A DNA stretch of 64,000 nucleotides from Longimicrobiales bacterium (GCA_965204735.1 OZ242008.1:4032001-4096000), one strand, 5' to 3'. Counted from the first letter of the stretch, positions 19,737-29,851 are shown. Program-made: numbers and translations. Notes: generated by a model not told the origin, from the sequence alone.

Positions 19737-19791
19737 GTCGGACCAGAGTCGTGCCCAGGACCAAGACGATCCTGAACGACGACGGACGAAA

Positions 19792-19819
19792 AAGGTAAGG
19801 CTTGCCCCGGAGAGGTCAA
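19792..19819 (-). promoter_or_regulatory. tRNA operon promoter TTGACC-N16-TACCTT
   Basis: 16-nt spacer, ~55 nt upstream of tRNA-Glu. Confidence 0.65.
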
Positions 19820-19910
19820 GTCCCCAGGCCTGGCTTGTGCGCGCGCCGGGCCCGGCCCAACGTCCCCCATCGTGCAAATGTGAAGTCCCGCTGCCGATTG
19901 TCATGACAAA

Positions 19911-20638
19911 ATGAAGCCGACCTTCCAGCGAGCCCTCTCCCTTCCGCCGGCCGGCGACGAGACCTTCTTCCTGTGGGGGCCTCGCCAGACGGGCAAGAGC
20001 ACCCTCTTGCGGAAGTCCTACCCCGACGCTCGCTGGATCGACTTGCTCAAGGCCGACGACTTCCGCCGCTACGCCGCTCGCCCGGAGCTGCTTCGCCAGG
20101 AAATGGAGGCGGAGCGGACTCGACGCGGCGGGCAAGCCGGCGCATCGAGGTCCTGGAGGACACGCTGCTGGGCAGGTGGCTGCCCGCATACAGAAAGCGA
20201 GCCAAGCGCCGGGTCGTTCAGGCGTCCAAGTTCTACTTCTTCGACGTGGGCGTGGTGAACAGGCTGGCGCGGCGCGGGCAGGTCCTTTCCGGCTCGGCCG
20301 ACTACGGCAAGGCGTTCGAGAACTGGGTGTTCCACGAGCTGGCGACTTACCTGGGCTACCAGGAAGTGGACGCGGAGCTCTCCTACTGGCGACTGGCCGG
20401 CGGCACCGAAGTGGACTTCGTCGTGGGCGACATGGAGGTGGCGCTGGAGGCCAAGTCCAGCCGGAACGTCACCCGAGACCACCTCAAGGGGCTTCGGAGC
20501 TTGGTGCGGGACCATCCGTCGGTCCGGCGGCGAGTCGTGGTGTGCCGGGAGCCTCGTCGTCGGCGAACGAGCGACGGGATCGAGATCGTGCCGGCAAGGG
20601 AGTTCGCCTTCGGGCTCTGGGAGCGGGAGTGGATCTGA
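19911..20638 (+). pseudogene. AAA_14/DUF4143 ATPase with large internal deletion and frameshift
   Basis: N-terminal GPRQTGKST in one frame; KFYFFDVG, FENWV, EVDFV, LEAK in another; Walker B region absent. Confidence 0.85.
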
Positions 20639-22173
20639 CGGCCGAGCCCGACGTGCTGGTGCTGGGAGGGGGGCCGTCCGGGTGCGCGGCCGCCCGCCTC
20701 CTGGCGATGTGGGGACTGGACGTGATCGTCGTCGAGCGTTCGCTGGGGTCCGGCGATTCCGGCCAGGCGCTGGCCGAGTCCCTTCCCCCAAGCGCTCGCA
20801 AGGCGCTGGCAGCCGCCGGGCTTCTCGGCGTCGTCGAAGCGGCGGGGTTCCACCCCAACACGGGGAACACGGCCCTTTGGAACGGCGAGCGGCGGAGCGA
20901 CGGATTCGGCCGAGGGAGCGCCGGCTTCCATCTTCTGCGCTCGCGGTTCGACAACCTGCTGCGGGAATCGGCTGCGGCGGCCGGCGCTGCGCTGGTTACC
21001 GCCACGGCCCGCCGTCCCGTGCGGACCGAAGGCCGCGGCTGGGTCGTGCCCGTGGACCGGGGACGAGGGGCGGAGCTGGACGAGCTGCGGCCCAAGTGGG
21101 TGCTGGACTGCACGGGCAGGGCCGGAGTGCTGGCCCGTCGGCATCGGGTTCCGGAGCGGGAAGCGCCGACGCTGGCGGTGCTGCGCCGCTACGCCGCTCC
21201 GTCGAGGGCCGGCGGCTGGCCTGGCATCGATCCCGGCCACGCGCTGGCGGAGAGCTTCGAGCGCGGCTGGGCCTGGTCGGTCCCCACGTCGGAGGACGAG
21301 CGGCACGTCGCGCTGATGCTGGACCCCGAGCTCCACCGCGTCTCGGCCGACGCGCCGGGGCTGTCGGCGACCTTCGAGGCCGAAGTTGGGGCGACTCGCC
21401 TGATCCGCCGCGTGACCGGAAGAGGGCGCCCGATCGGCGGCGCGTGGGCGGCGGCCGCCTCCATGTACTCGTCGTCGGCTGCTGCCGACGGCCGGGCGCT
21501 CTTCGTCGGAGACGCCTCGTCGTTCGTCGATCCCATGTCCTCCTACGGCGTCAAGAAGGCGCTGGCGTCGGCATGGCTGGCCGCGGTGGCGGTGCATACC
21601 GCGATCCGCGACGCGGCGATGGAGGGCGTCGCAACGGCGTTCTACGGCCAGCGGGAGCGCGCAATGTACCTGGCCATGCGGGACGGGCTGGCCGAGCAAG
21701 TGCCCGCGAAGGCGGACGCGGCGTCCAGGTCGCCGTTCTGGGAAAGACGGGCCGCTTGGCTCGCGGATCGCGACGTTCCCTTGGTCGGGTCCGGGTCCGT
21801 CGCCGGCGGATCGCCGGCAGCCCGGCTTCGAAACGACCCCGGGGTCGCGGCCGCCTTTCGGGACCTTCGTTCCGGCTCGGGCCTCCTGCGCGCGGGCAGC
21901 CTGCGGACGGTGGAACGGCCGATGGTGGTCGGAAATCGGCTCGTCATGGCGCCGGCGGTGGTCACTCGCCGCTTTCCCGAAGGCGTCCGCCACCTGCGGG
22001 ACGTGGACGTGCTCCGGGTGGCCCGAATGGCGCCGAGCGGCGGCGACCCGGGACTCCTCTTCGAGCAGTACTCGGCGTGGGCGGCTCGCGAGGACGCTCC
22101 GCCGGTGGAGCTGGCCGACTTCCTGGGCGTGCTGGCCGTCCTCGTGGCCGACGGCGTGCTGGCCCCGCCTTGA
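20629..22173 (+). CDS. qhpG: FAD-dependent monooxygenase, QhpG-like (Trp-halogenase fold)
   Basis: VLGGGPSG, DCTGRAG, VGDASSFVDPMSSYGV; directly upstream of qhpA. Confidence 0.8.
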   Translation: MDLTAEPDVLVLGGGPSGCAAARLLAMWGLDVIVVERSLGSGDSGQALAESLPPSARKALAAAGLLGVVEAAGFHPNTGNTALWNGERRSDGFGRGSAGFHLLRSRFDNLLRESAAAAGAALVTATARRPVRTEGRGWVVPVDRGRGAELDELRPKWVLDCTGRAGVLARRHRVPEREAPTLAVLRRYAAPSRAGGWPGIDPGHALAESFERGWAWSVPTSEDERHVALMLDPELHRVSADAPGLSATFEAEVGATRLIRRVTGRGRPIGGAWAAAASMYSSSAAADGRALFVGDASSFVDPMSSYGVKKALASAWLAAVAVHTAIRDAAMEGVATAFYGQRERAMYLAMRDGLAEQVPAKADAASRSPFWERRAAWLADRDVPLVGSGSVAGGSPAARLRNDPGVAAAFRDLRSGSGLLRAGSLRTVERPMVVGNRLVMAPAVVTRRFPEGVRHLRDVDVLRVARMAPSGGDPGLLFEQYSAWAAREDAPPVELADFLGVLAVLVADGVLAPP

Positions 22174-22215
22174 CGGCCGAGCGACCGGCCTTCGCCGCCC
22201 GGTGGGGCCGCCCCG

Positions 22216-22323
22216 CCTCCGCGTTGACGACGAGCAAGTGTCCGTGGTGGCGGTGGCGCGCCCCAACGGCCCAGGTCGTTCCACGCCCGCCCTCCGCTTT
22301 GACGGCGAGCGAGTGTCCGTGGT
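22216..22323 (+). repeat. 33-bp direct repeat (30/33 identical, 75-bp period); second copy runs into TTGACG-N18-TATATC
   Basis: 22216-22248 versus 22291-22323. Confidence 0.85.
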
Positions 22324-22372
22324 ATATCAGTCGGGCTGTCGGAGGAACCCAAAGATCGCCTGGACCGACCTC

Positions 22373-24112
22373 ATGACCTCTTCTGCCCGCGCGACGCTCC
22401 CCTTGCTTGCGCTTCCGCTCCTGGCCAGCGGTTCGGGCGCTCCTCCGGCGGGCACGCCGTCCCCGGCGTCCGGGACGCTCGCGCCCGTCCCCGCCGACAC
22501 CGCCGGCATCCCGGTGCTGGACGAGACCGTCGTCGACGCTTGCGAACGCTGCCACGCGGTGGACGACGACGGCATGATGACTCGCGTCTCCTACATGCGG
22601 AAGACCCCCGAGGGGTGGCAGCAGTCGATCCGGCGGATGGTCATGCTGAACGAAGTCGAGCTGCAGCCCGAGACGGCTCGGCGGATCGTCCGCTACTTGG
22701 CCGACAACCACGGCGTCGCCCCGGAGGAGCTTCGCCCCGGACGCTTCGAGGTCGAGCGCCGGCTGATCGAGTGGCGCTACGAAGCCGACCGCGACGTGGC
22801 GTACACCTGCAGCCGGTGCCACTCCATGGGGCGCGTGATCACCCAACGTCGCAGCGCCGAGGAGTGGGAGCTGCTGATGGCCACGCACCGGGGCTACTAC
22901 CCCCTCTCCGACACGCAGGGCTTCCGGCGGATCGGGCCGCCGGACCCGGACGCGACCGACGCCCGTCACCCGATGGAGAAGGCCGTGGCCCACCTCTCCA
23001 AGGCGTTCCCGCTGACCACGCCCGAGTGGACGGCTTGGTCGGCCACGATGCGGCCGCCTCGCCTGGCCGGCACGTGGGCGCTTCGGGGACGCGACCCGGG
23101 GAACGGCCCGATCTACGGGACCCTCGAGATCGCGCCGGGCGCCGACGACGCCAGCTTCACGACCCGCGCCAGCTACGTGAACGCGCGCACGGGCCGGCGC
23201 TTCGAGCGGAGCGGGCGCGCCGTCGTCTACACGGGCCATCAGTGGCGCGGACGGTCGTTCGAGGACGGCGCCCCGGACGGCGCCCTTCGCGAAGTGATGA
23301 CGGTGGAGCGGGGATGGAACCGGATCGACGGGCGCTGGTTCGCCGGCGACTACGACGAGTTCGGCCCCGACGTGACGCTGCTGCGGGTGGACGGTCCCGT
23401 GCCGCTGGGCGTGCATCCGGTCTCCCTGAGGGCGGGAAGCGAGGGCGCCCGAGTGCGGGTCTACGGCGCCGACCTGCCGACGGGGCTGGTCGCCGAGGAC
23501 GTGGACTTCGGCCCCGGCGTGGACGTCGCAGGCGTCGTCGAGAGCCGGCCGCACGTGCTGGAGGTGGACGTGCGGGTAGAGCCGGAAGCGGCGCCGGGGG
23601 CCAGAGACGTCTACGTGGCCGGACGGGCCGTGCCCGGCAGCTTGACGGTGTACGAGAGCGTGGACCGGATCGCGGTGAGCCCCCGCGCGGGGATGGCCAG
23701 GCTGGGGGGAGGCGCCTTCCCCAAGGGCTACGCCCAGTTCGAGGCCACGGCCTTCAGCGACGGACCCGACGGCGAGGCGGAGACGGAGGACGACCTGGAG
23801 CTGGGCCAGGTGGACGTGACCTGGTCGCTGGAAGAGTACGCCGCCGTGTTCGACGACGACGACATCGAGTACGTGGGCGTCCTGGACGAGAACGGCCGCT
23901 TCGAGCCGGCGATCGACGGTCCCAACCCGGCCCGCACCGGCAGCCGCAACAACGTGGGCGACGTCTGGGTGGTGGCGACGTACGCGGGGCCCGACGGCGA
24001 GGAGGTGCGAGGGCGCGCCCACCTGATCGTCACCGTGCCCCTGTACATGCGTTGGGAGCCGTGGCGGGTGGAGGAAGGCCCCCCGCGCCCGCCGAGGAGG
24101 ACGGGAGGATGA
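22373..24112 (+). CDS. qhpA: Quinohemoprotein amine dehydrogenase alpha subunit
   Basis: two CxxCH (CERCH, CSRCH), RKTPEGW, GPNP..NNVGD. Confidence 0.93.
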   Translation: MTSSARATLPLLALPLLASGSGAPPAGTPSPASGTLAPVPADTAGIPVLDETVVDACERCHAVDDDGMMTRVSYMRKTPEGWQQSIRRMVMLNEVELQPETARRIVRYLADNHGVAPEELRPGRFEVERRLIEWRYEADRDVAYTCSRCHSMGRVITQRRSAEEWELLMATHRGYYPLSDTQGFRRIGPPDPDATDARHPMEKAVAHLSKAFPLTTPEWTAWSATMRPPRLAGTWALRGRDPGNGPIYGTLEIAPGADDASFTTRASYVNARTGRRFERSGRAVVYTGHQWRGRSFEDGAPDGALREVMTVERGWNRIDGRWFAGDYDEFGPDVTLLRVDGPVPLGVHPVSLRAGSEGARVRVYGADLPTGLVAEDVDFGPGVDVAGVVESRPHVLEVDVRVEPEAAPGARDVYVAGRAVPGSLTVYESVDRIAVSPRAGMARLGGGAFPKGYAQFEATAFSDGPDGEAETEDDLELGQVDVTWSLEEYAAVFDDDDIEYVGVLDENGRFEPAIDGPNPARTGSRNNVGDVWVVATYAGPDGEEVRGRAHLIVTVPLYMRWEPWRVEEGPPRPPRRTGG

Positions 24113-25563
24113 AGGCGGCGAACGGCGTCGAGCCGTCCTCTCTGCTGGCGCAGCGGGAGTTCCATCCCTTCGAGGCGGGCGGGGAGACCTTCGTCTACTT
24201 GGTTCCGTCGGCCGCCGTCTTCCACTTGGACGAACCGTCGCGGGCGGTTCTGCAAGCCCTCGACGCCGGCCCCGCCGACGAGCGCGGCTTGGTGGCGTCG
24301 CTGGACGGGTCGCACGGCGCCGAGGCGGTGCGGAGCAGCATCGCCGAGCTCTTGCGCGTGCAGGCGATCGGTCCGGCTTCGGCGCCCCGGGAAGCGGTCC
24401 CCCGGGTGCTGCCCCAGGTCGGCTTCCCCCTCACGACGATGGTCCTCAACGTCACGAACAAGTGCAACTTGGCGTGCACGTACTGCTACGAGTACGGCGA
24501 GGACAAGATCGTGGACACCGGGTGCGATCCGGCCCCGGCCTACATGAGCGAGGAGACGGCGCGCAAGAGCGTGGACTTCATGTTCGACCAGTCCGGCGCC
24601 CTTCCAACGGCCCACCTGACGTTCTTCGGCGGCGAAACCCTCCTCAACTTCAAGGTGCTCAAGAAGACGCTGGCGTACGCCCGGGAGAGGGCCAACTCCC
24701 TGGGCAAGGAGCTGGACGTTTCGCTGACCACCAACGCCACTCTCCTGCGCGACGAAGTGATCGAGTGGCTGGCCGACAACCACGTGGGCGTCACGATCAG
24801 CATCGACGGGCCGAAGGAAGCCCAGGACAAGTTCCGCGTCTTCAAGAACGGGAAGGGCACCTACGACTACGTGCTGCCCAAGATCAAACGGCTGCTGGAG
24901 CGCCACCGGAGCCGGCCCGTCGGCGCCCGCGTGACGCTGACTCGGCAGACCCTGGACGCGACTCGAATCTTCCACCACCTGCGCAACGAAGTCGGGTTCT
25001 GGGAGGTGGGGTTCGCGCCGGTCACCACCGCCGACGGACGGGGCTACGCAATAGAGGACTCGGGCTTCGACCGGATGCTGGCGCACTTCGAGGAGCTCGC
25101 GCAGGAGTTCGTGGAACACGCCGTCGAGGACCGGCATCACGGCTTTTCCAACGTGCGCGACACGCTGGAGGAGATACACAAGGGCGTCAGCAAGGCGTTT
25201 CCGTGCGGCGCGGGCCTAGGGCTGATGGGCGTCGCGACCGACGGCGACGTGGCCCTGTGCCACCGCTTCGCCGGCTCCGACGAGCACTCCGTCGGCTCCG
25301 TCGAGCGCGGAGTGGACCGGGAGCGCCAGTTCGAGTTCCTGGGCAAGCACCACGTGGCCAACAAGACCGACTGCAGTCGCTGCTGGGCTCGCCCGCTCTG
25401 CGCCGGCGGCTGCTACCACGAGGCCCATGTCCGCTACGGAGACACGGGCAAGGCCAACTTGCACTACTGCGACTGGATCCGGAGCTGGACGGACACCTGC
25501 CTGAAGGTGTACGGCGAGATCGCGGTTCGGAACCCGGCGTTTCTGAAGAGGTTCGAGGCATGA
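24109..25563 (+). CDS. qhpD: Radical SAM/SPASM QHNDH maturase
   Basis: CNLACTYC, FFGGETLLN, CGAG, CHRF, CSRCWARPLCAGGC; ATGA-coupled to qhpA. Confidence 0.93.
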   Translation: MKAANGVEPSSLLAQREFHPFEAGGETFVYLVPSAAVFHLDEPSRAVLQALDAGPADERGLVASLDGSHGAEAVRSSIAELLRVQAIGPASAPREAVPRVLPQVGFPLTTMVLNVTNKCNLACTYCYEYGEDKIVDTGCDPAPAYMSEETARKSVDFMFDQSGALPTAHLTFFGGETLLNFKVLKKTLAYARERANSLGKELDVSLTTNATLLRDEVIEWLADNHVGVTISIDGPKEAQDKFRVFKNGKGTYDYVLPKIKRLLERHRSRPVGARVTLTRQTLDATRIFHHLRNEVGFWEVGFAPVTTADGRGYAIEDSGFDRMLAHFEELAQEFVEHAVEDRHHGFSNVRDTLEEIHKGVSKAFPCGAGLGLMGVATDGDVALCHRFAGSDEHSVGSVERGVDRERQFEFLGKHHVANKTDCSRCWARPLCAGGCYHEAHVRYGDTGKANLHYCDWIRSWTDTCLKVYGEIAVRNPAFLKRFEA

Positions 25564-25648
25564 CGGGGCCCTCGGCGGGCGCTTTGACGGGCTTGAACGC
25601 CGCTCCGGCGCAGCCCAGCCCCCGGCGGGGCGGAAAGGAAGACGAGAG

Positions 25649-26068
25649 ATGGAGCACCTGAGAGCCGTCAACCAGAAAGCGGTCCGGGTTCGGGCGTACA
25701 CGGAGGAACTGCCGCCGGCAGGGCCCCCGCCGGAGAGGCGGCCGCCGCCGGGCGCCGTGGCGGAAGAAGCGTCCGCGGCGCTGGACGCTCTCGACGTGGA
25801 GGGGCTGGAGAGCCGTCCGCCCGAACCGCCTCCGGGGCCCCACATCCCGCTGGGCTGCTCGCTTGTCTTCGCCCCCGGCTGGGAGGTGGACTCCAGCGGA
25901 GGCACCGCAGGGCTCTGCCAGCCCGTGGAGCGGGACCTCTTCGACTGCCACCTGGCGTGCTTCTGGCCGGCCCAGGTGCCCGACCAGCTGAACCACGCGC
26001 CGGACTGGACCGGCAAGTGCGCGTCGGCCCAGAAGGACTGGCGCAAGATCGACCTGGTCTTCCCGTGA
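25649..26068 (+). CDS. qhpC: QHNDH gamma subunit (CTQ precursor) with long leader
   Basis: MEHLRAVNQKA leader; C-x8-E, CQPVERD, C-x3-C-F-W-PAQVPD spacing. Confidence 0.93.
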   Translation: MEHLRAVNQKAVRVRAYTEELPPAGPPPERRPPPGAVAEEASAALDALDVEGLESRPPEPPPGPHIPLGCSLVFAPGWEVDSSGGTAGLCQPVERDLFDCHLACFWPAQVPDQLNHAPDWTGKCASAQKDWRKIDLVFP

Positions 26069-27240
26069 TCCCGGGTCTCTTCCGTCGCCGGTTGCTCGTC
26101 GCCGGCAGGCGCGGCTCGTTTGCGAGCGGGCGCGACGGCCGGCCGCGCCCGGCGGGCTGCGTCGCGGCCGGATTGCTCGCCTTGACGCTCGCCCCGGCCG
26201 GCGTGTGGGCCCAGAGCGGAGGAGACGGGGTCATTTACTGGGCCGGGTACGATCACGCAATCCACGTGATCGACGAGGCCACACTGGAGATCGTGGAGAA
26301 GATTCCCGTCACGACGGGGATCCCCATCACCTTGACCCTGTCGAAGAACCACGAGCGGCTCTACGTGCTCGACGCCGAGTTCGAGGAGATCGAGACGGTC
26401 GATCTGGGCGCCCGCAAGTCCGTGGACAGCTTCACCCTCAGCCGAGGACGCTCCACCGTGCGGATCTGGGGCTTCACGGTGCACCCCGACGAAGAGTACG
26501 CGATCCTCAACACGATGAGGTACACCAAGCGCATCGACCGCTGGGAGATCGACGACCCTGTGCTCGTCAAGTACGACCTGCAGGCGGGCGAAGTCGTCGA
26601 CACGGTTCCGTGGCCGAACGGAGAGAAGCGGGAACGCGTCCGCCTGATGTTCTCGCCCGAAGGCGACTACCTGTACTTCTTCGGCAACGACGTCCTTGTC
26701 CTGGAAACGGAGAACTTCACCGAGACCGACCGATGGGAGCTTTCCCAGCCGCCGGAGGAGGGACTGGGGCGCTTCAGGTTCAACTTTCCACTCAGCCCCT
26801 ACGACGAGCCGGGGTTTCACACGGGCCTTTTCTCGTTCACCGACCCGGTGCAGAACCGCCGCATGATGGGGGTGGCCAAGGTGGACTTGGCGGCCAAGGA
26901 GTTCGACTTCTACACGCTGGGTCCCCGAGAACCGGTGAGCTTCCGGCTGGCGCCCGGCGGGAAGAAGGCCTACGGCCTGGTCCAGCAGATTGGGAACTAC
27001 GAGTTCTGGACCTTCGACCTGGAGGGCCGCCGGGTGGAGAGCCGCCACCGCTTCGCTGGACGGCCCCGCATGGGCTTGGCGGTCAGCTCCAACGGCGAGC
27101 TGCTCTACGTCTACAACGCGGGCGCGACAATAGACGTCTACGACGCCGGCACCTACGAGAAGCTTCGGACCGTCGCGTACGACGCGGACATGACCGAGTT
27201 CCTGATGATCCCGGAGGGCGTGGGGCCCGGAAGGGGCTGA
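26065..27240 (+). CDS. qhpB: QHNDH beta-subunit-like beta-propeller
   Basis: GTGA-coupled to qhpC; signal peptide; YVTN-like blades. Confidence 0.75.
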   Translation: MIPGLFRRRLLVAGRRGSFASGRDGRPRPAGCVAAGLLALTLAPAGVWAQSGGDGVIYWAGYDHAIHVIDEATLEIVEKIPVTTGIPITLTLSKNHERLYVLDAEFEEIETVDLGARKSVDSFTLSRGRSTVRIWGFTVHPDEEYAILNTMRYTKRIDRWEIDDPVLVKYDLQAGEVVDTVPWPNGEKRERVRLMFSPEGDYLYFFGNDVLVLETENFTETDRWELSQPPEEGLGRFRFNFPLSPYDEPGFHTGLFSFTDPVQNRRMMGVAKVDLAAKEFDFYTLGPREPVSFRLAPGGKKAYGLVQQIGNYEFWTFDLEGRRVESRHRFAGRPRMGLAVSSNGELLYVYNAGATIDVYDAGTYEKLRTVAYDADMTEFLMIPEGVGPGRG

Positions 27241-27251
27241 GCCGGGCAGCC

Positions 27252-29015
27252 TTGGCGACCGATCGACGGCCGGACGGCGGACGAGGGACGGGCCCGCGTC
27301 TCCGGGCTCGCAGGAACGGCGCGCGTCGGGCGCTTCTGGACCCGGACCTTCGCCGGGGAATCGCCTACGTCGTTCCCTACCGGCGCCGGCTCGGGGTCGT
27401 GCTGGCGCTCAACTTGGTGGGAACCGGCCTCTCCCTGTGCGTTCCCTACCTTTCCAAGACGCTCGTGGACGACGCCTTGCTGGGAGGCGACCTGGGAGCG
27501 CTTGCCCGCGTGGTGGGGCTCTTCGCCTTCGCGACGGCCGCAAGCTTTGGCCTGAACGTGGCAAGCGGGCTGCGGTACACGAAGGCGTCGGCGGAGATCC
27601 TCTTCGACATGCGGCTGGACGTGTACCGACACCTTCAGCGGCTGTCGCCCCGGTACTATGCGAGAACCTCGCTGGGCGACATCATGTCGCGCCTCAACAA
27701 CGACGTGGGCGAGATCCAGCGGGTTCTCTCCGACGCGGCCCTCTCCTGGGTCGGGAACGTGGCTTTTCTGGCCGGCACGGTCGGGATGCTGCTCTGGCTG
27801 GACTGGAGGCTCTTCCTGGCGGCGGCCGCCCTCCTCCCTCCGGCCGCTTGGGCGATGGTGCGCTACCGGCGGCGACTGGAAGATCGGGTCCGGGTCATGC
27901 GGGAAAGGAGCGCCGAGATCGGGGCCTTCCTGATTGAGACCCTGCGCGGCGCAAGGCTCGTGGCGGCGTCCAACGCCCAGGAAAGGGAGGCCGCGCGCTT
28001 TCGCCGCCGCAACGACGGCTTCGTGAGGGCGCTGCTGGCGATGCAGCGGCTGCGGTACCTGGCGGGTGGGTTGCCCGGAGCGCTGCTGTCGGCCAGCACC
28101 GCCGTCGTCTTCCTCTATGGCGGAGCCCGGGTCGTCGCGGGAGACGTGACGCTGGGAACGTTCACGGCCTTCATGGCGTACCAGATGCGGCTGATCGGGC
28201 CGGTCCAGGGCTTGATGGGCCTCTACGCGGGGCTGGCGGCGGCGCGCGTCTCGCTGCGGCGAGTCCACGAGCTGCTCGACGAGCCGGTGGAGGTGGTGGA
28301 GGCCGAGCGGCCCGTTCCGTTGACGCGAGTGCGGGGCGAGGTCGTCTTCGAGGACGTGTCGTTCGGCCACGGCCGAGGCGGTCCGGTGCTGGAGGGGTTC
28401 CGGCTGACGGTCGCGCCGGGCGAGGTCGTCGCGCTGGCGGGACCGTCGGGAAGCGGCAAGTCCACCGTCGCGGGCCTGCTGGCGCGCCACGTCGATCCGG
28501 ATCGTGGGAGAGTGCTGCTGGACGGCGTGGACGTTCGGACGGTGCGCTTGGCCGACCTTCGGGCGCAGGTCGCCGTCGTGGAGCAGGACCCGTTCCTCTT
28601 CAACGCCACGATTCTCGACAACGTCCGCTACGCCAGGCCCGGCGCGGCCGAGAGCGCGGTTGCGGAAGCGCTGGAACGCGCCGGGCTGGCCGACTTCGTC
28701 GATTCCCTGCCCGAGGGCGCGAGCACGGAAGTCGGCGAACACGGCCACGCCCTCTCCGCCGGCGAGCGGCAGCGCGTCGCAATCGCCAGGGCGTTGGTGG
28801 CCGACCCGGTGGTGCTGGTGCTGGACGAGGCCACCGGCCACCTGGACCCGGCGACGGAGGCCCACGTGATCCGCGCCTACGCCGAGGCGATGCGGGGGCG
28901 CACCACGATCTTGGTGTCCCACCGACGGGCTCCGCTGCGGGCGGCGAGCCGGGTGGTGGCGCTGCGGAACGGCCGGATCCAGCATGAAGCCCCCGTCGGA
29001 AAGACGTCTTCGTGA
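27252..29015 (+). CDS. qhpF: ABC exporter (TMD+NBD), QhpF-like
   Basis: GPSGSGKST, LSAGERQR, LDEAT; position in qhp cluster; in-frame CTG 27237 is an alternative start. Confidence 0.8.
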   Translation: MATDRRPDGGRGTGPRLRARRNGARRALLDPDLRRGIAYVVPYRRRLGVVLALNLVGTGLSLCVPYLSKTLVDDALLGGDLGALARVVGLFAFATAASFGLNVASGLRYTKASAEILFDMRLDVYRHLQRLSPRYYARTSLGDIMSRLNNDVGEIQRVLSDAALSWVGNVAFLAGTVGMLLWLDWRLFLAAAALLPPAAWAMVRYRRRLEDRVRVMRERSAEIGAFLIETLRGARLVAASNAQEREAARFRRRNDGFVRALLAMQRLRYLAGGLPGALLSASTAVVFLYGGARVVAGDVTLGTFTAFMAYQMRLIGPVQGLMGLYAGLAAARVSLRRVHELLDEPVEVVEAERPVPLTRVRGEVVFEDVSFGHGRGGPVLEGFRLTVAPGEVVALAGPSGSGKSTVAGLLARHVDPDRGRVLLDGVDVRTVRLADLRAQVAVVEQDPFLFNATILDNVRYARPGAAESAVAEALERAGLADFVDSLPEGASTEVGEHGHALSAGERQRVAIARALVADPVVLVLDEATGHLDPATEAHVIRAYAEAMRGRTTILVSHRRAPLRAASRVVALRNGRIQHEAPVGKTSS

Positions 29016-29851
29016 CGCGGAGCGCCGAGGCAGGTCGTCGGCGTGGACGGCTGTTCGGGCTCGCGTCCATGCCGGCCGTTCGCAGGGACGTGGCCGGGGC
29101 GCTGGCCCGCGGAAGGGTTGCCGCGGCGCTCCGGATGGCCCGCACGGCGACCCGGCGGCCCGACCTGGGCGCGGAAAAGATCGTCTCCCGTCGGTATCGC
29201 TACGTGTGGATCTGCAACCCCAAGGTCGCTTCGCGGAGCATAAAGGCGACGCTCTGCCGGGTCACGCCCGACGCCGAAGTCTTCAGCGGGATGAGCATCG
29301 GCGAGGTCTTTGCGGCCCGCCCCGAGGCCCGTCGCTACTACGCCTTCGCCTTCACGAGGCATCCCTACGCCAGGGCGCTGTCGTTCCACGCCGAGCTGCA
29401 CTGCTCGCCGGGGCGGTACTCGGAAGCGGACCAGGCACGGCACAAGAGAGCCAAGGCAAGCCAGTTCTTCCGGGAGTATCACGGGCTGGCCGACACGACC
29501 CGCTTTGACGAGTACTGCCGCTGGCTGATCACGCCCTACGGCGCGGACGCCGGCGCCGACCGTCATTACCTTTCGCAGCACCTTCAGGTGAAGCTGGACG
29601 ACGGGCGGCTGCCGGCGTTCCTGGGCCGCCTCGAGACGTTGGACGAGGACTTTCGGCGGGTCGCGCGGCGCCTGGGACTTCCCGGCAAGCCGGAGTTGCC
29701 CCTGCTCAACACCATGGCGGGCTGGCAGGCGGACCCGGTCGCCCTCGAGGCCGCTCGGTCCACCATGAACGGCGCCCTTGCCGAGAGCAGCAAGGCGCTC
29801 CTGCGGGCGCGGTACGCGACAGACTTCGAATTGGGTGGCTACGTCGGATGA
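29012..29851 (+). CDS. Sulfotransferase family 2 protein
   Basis: NPKVASRSI, FTRHPYARALS, GRLETLDEDF, YATDFELGGY. Confidence 0.85.
   Translation: MTRSAEAGRRRGRLFGLASMPAVRRDVAGALARGRVAAALRMARTATRRPDLGAEKIVSRRYRYVWICNPKVASRSIKATLCRVTPDAEVFSGMSIGEVFAARPEARRYYAFAFTRHPYARALSFHAELHCSPGRYSEADQARHKRAKASQFFREYHGLADTTRFDEYCRWLITPYGADAGADRHYLSQHLQVKLDDGRLPAFLGRLETLDEDFRRVARRLGLPGKPELPLLNTMAGWQADPVALEAARSTMNGALAESSKALLRARYATDFELGGYVG

Noticed and set aside
18630..19740. tRNA-anchored integrative element
   Set aside because: No duplicate of either tRNA 3' end and no integrase seen
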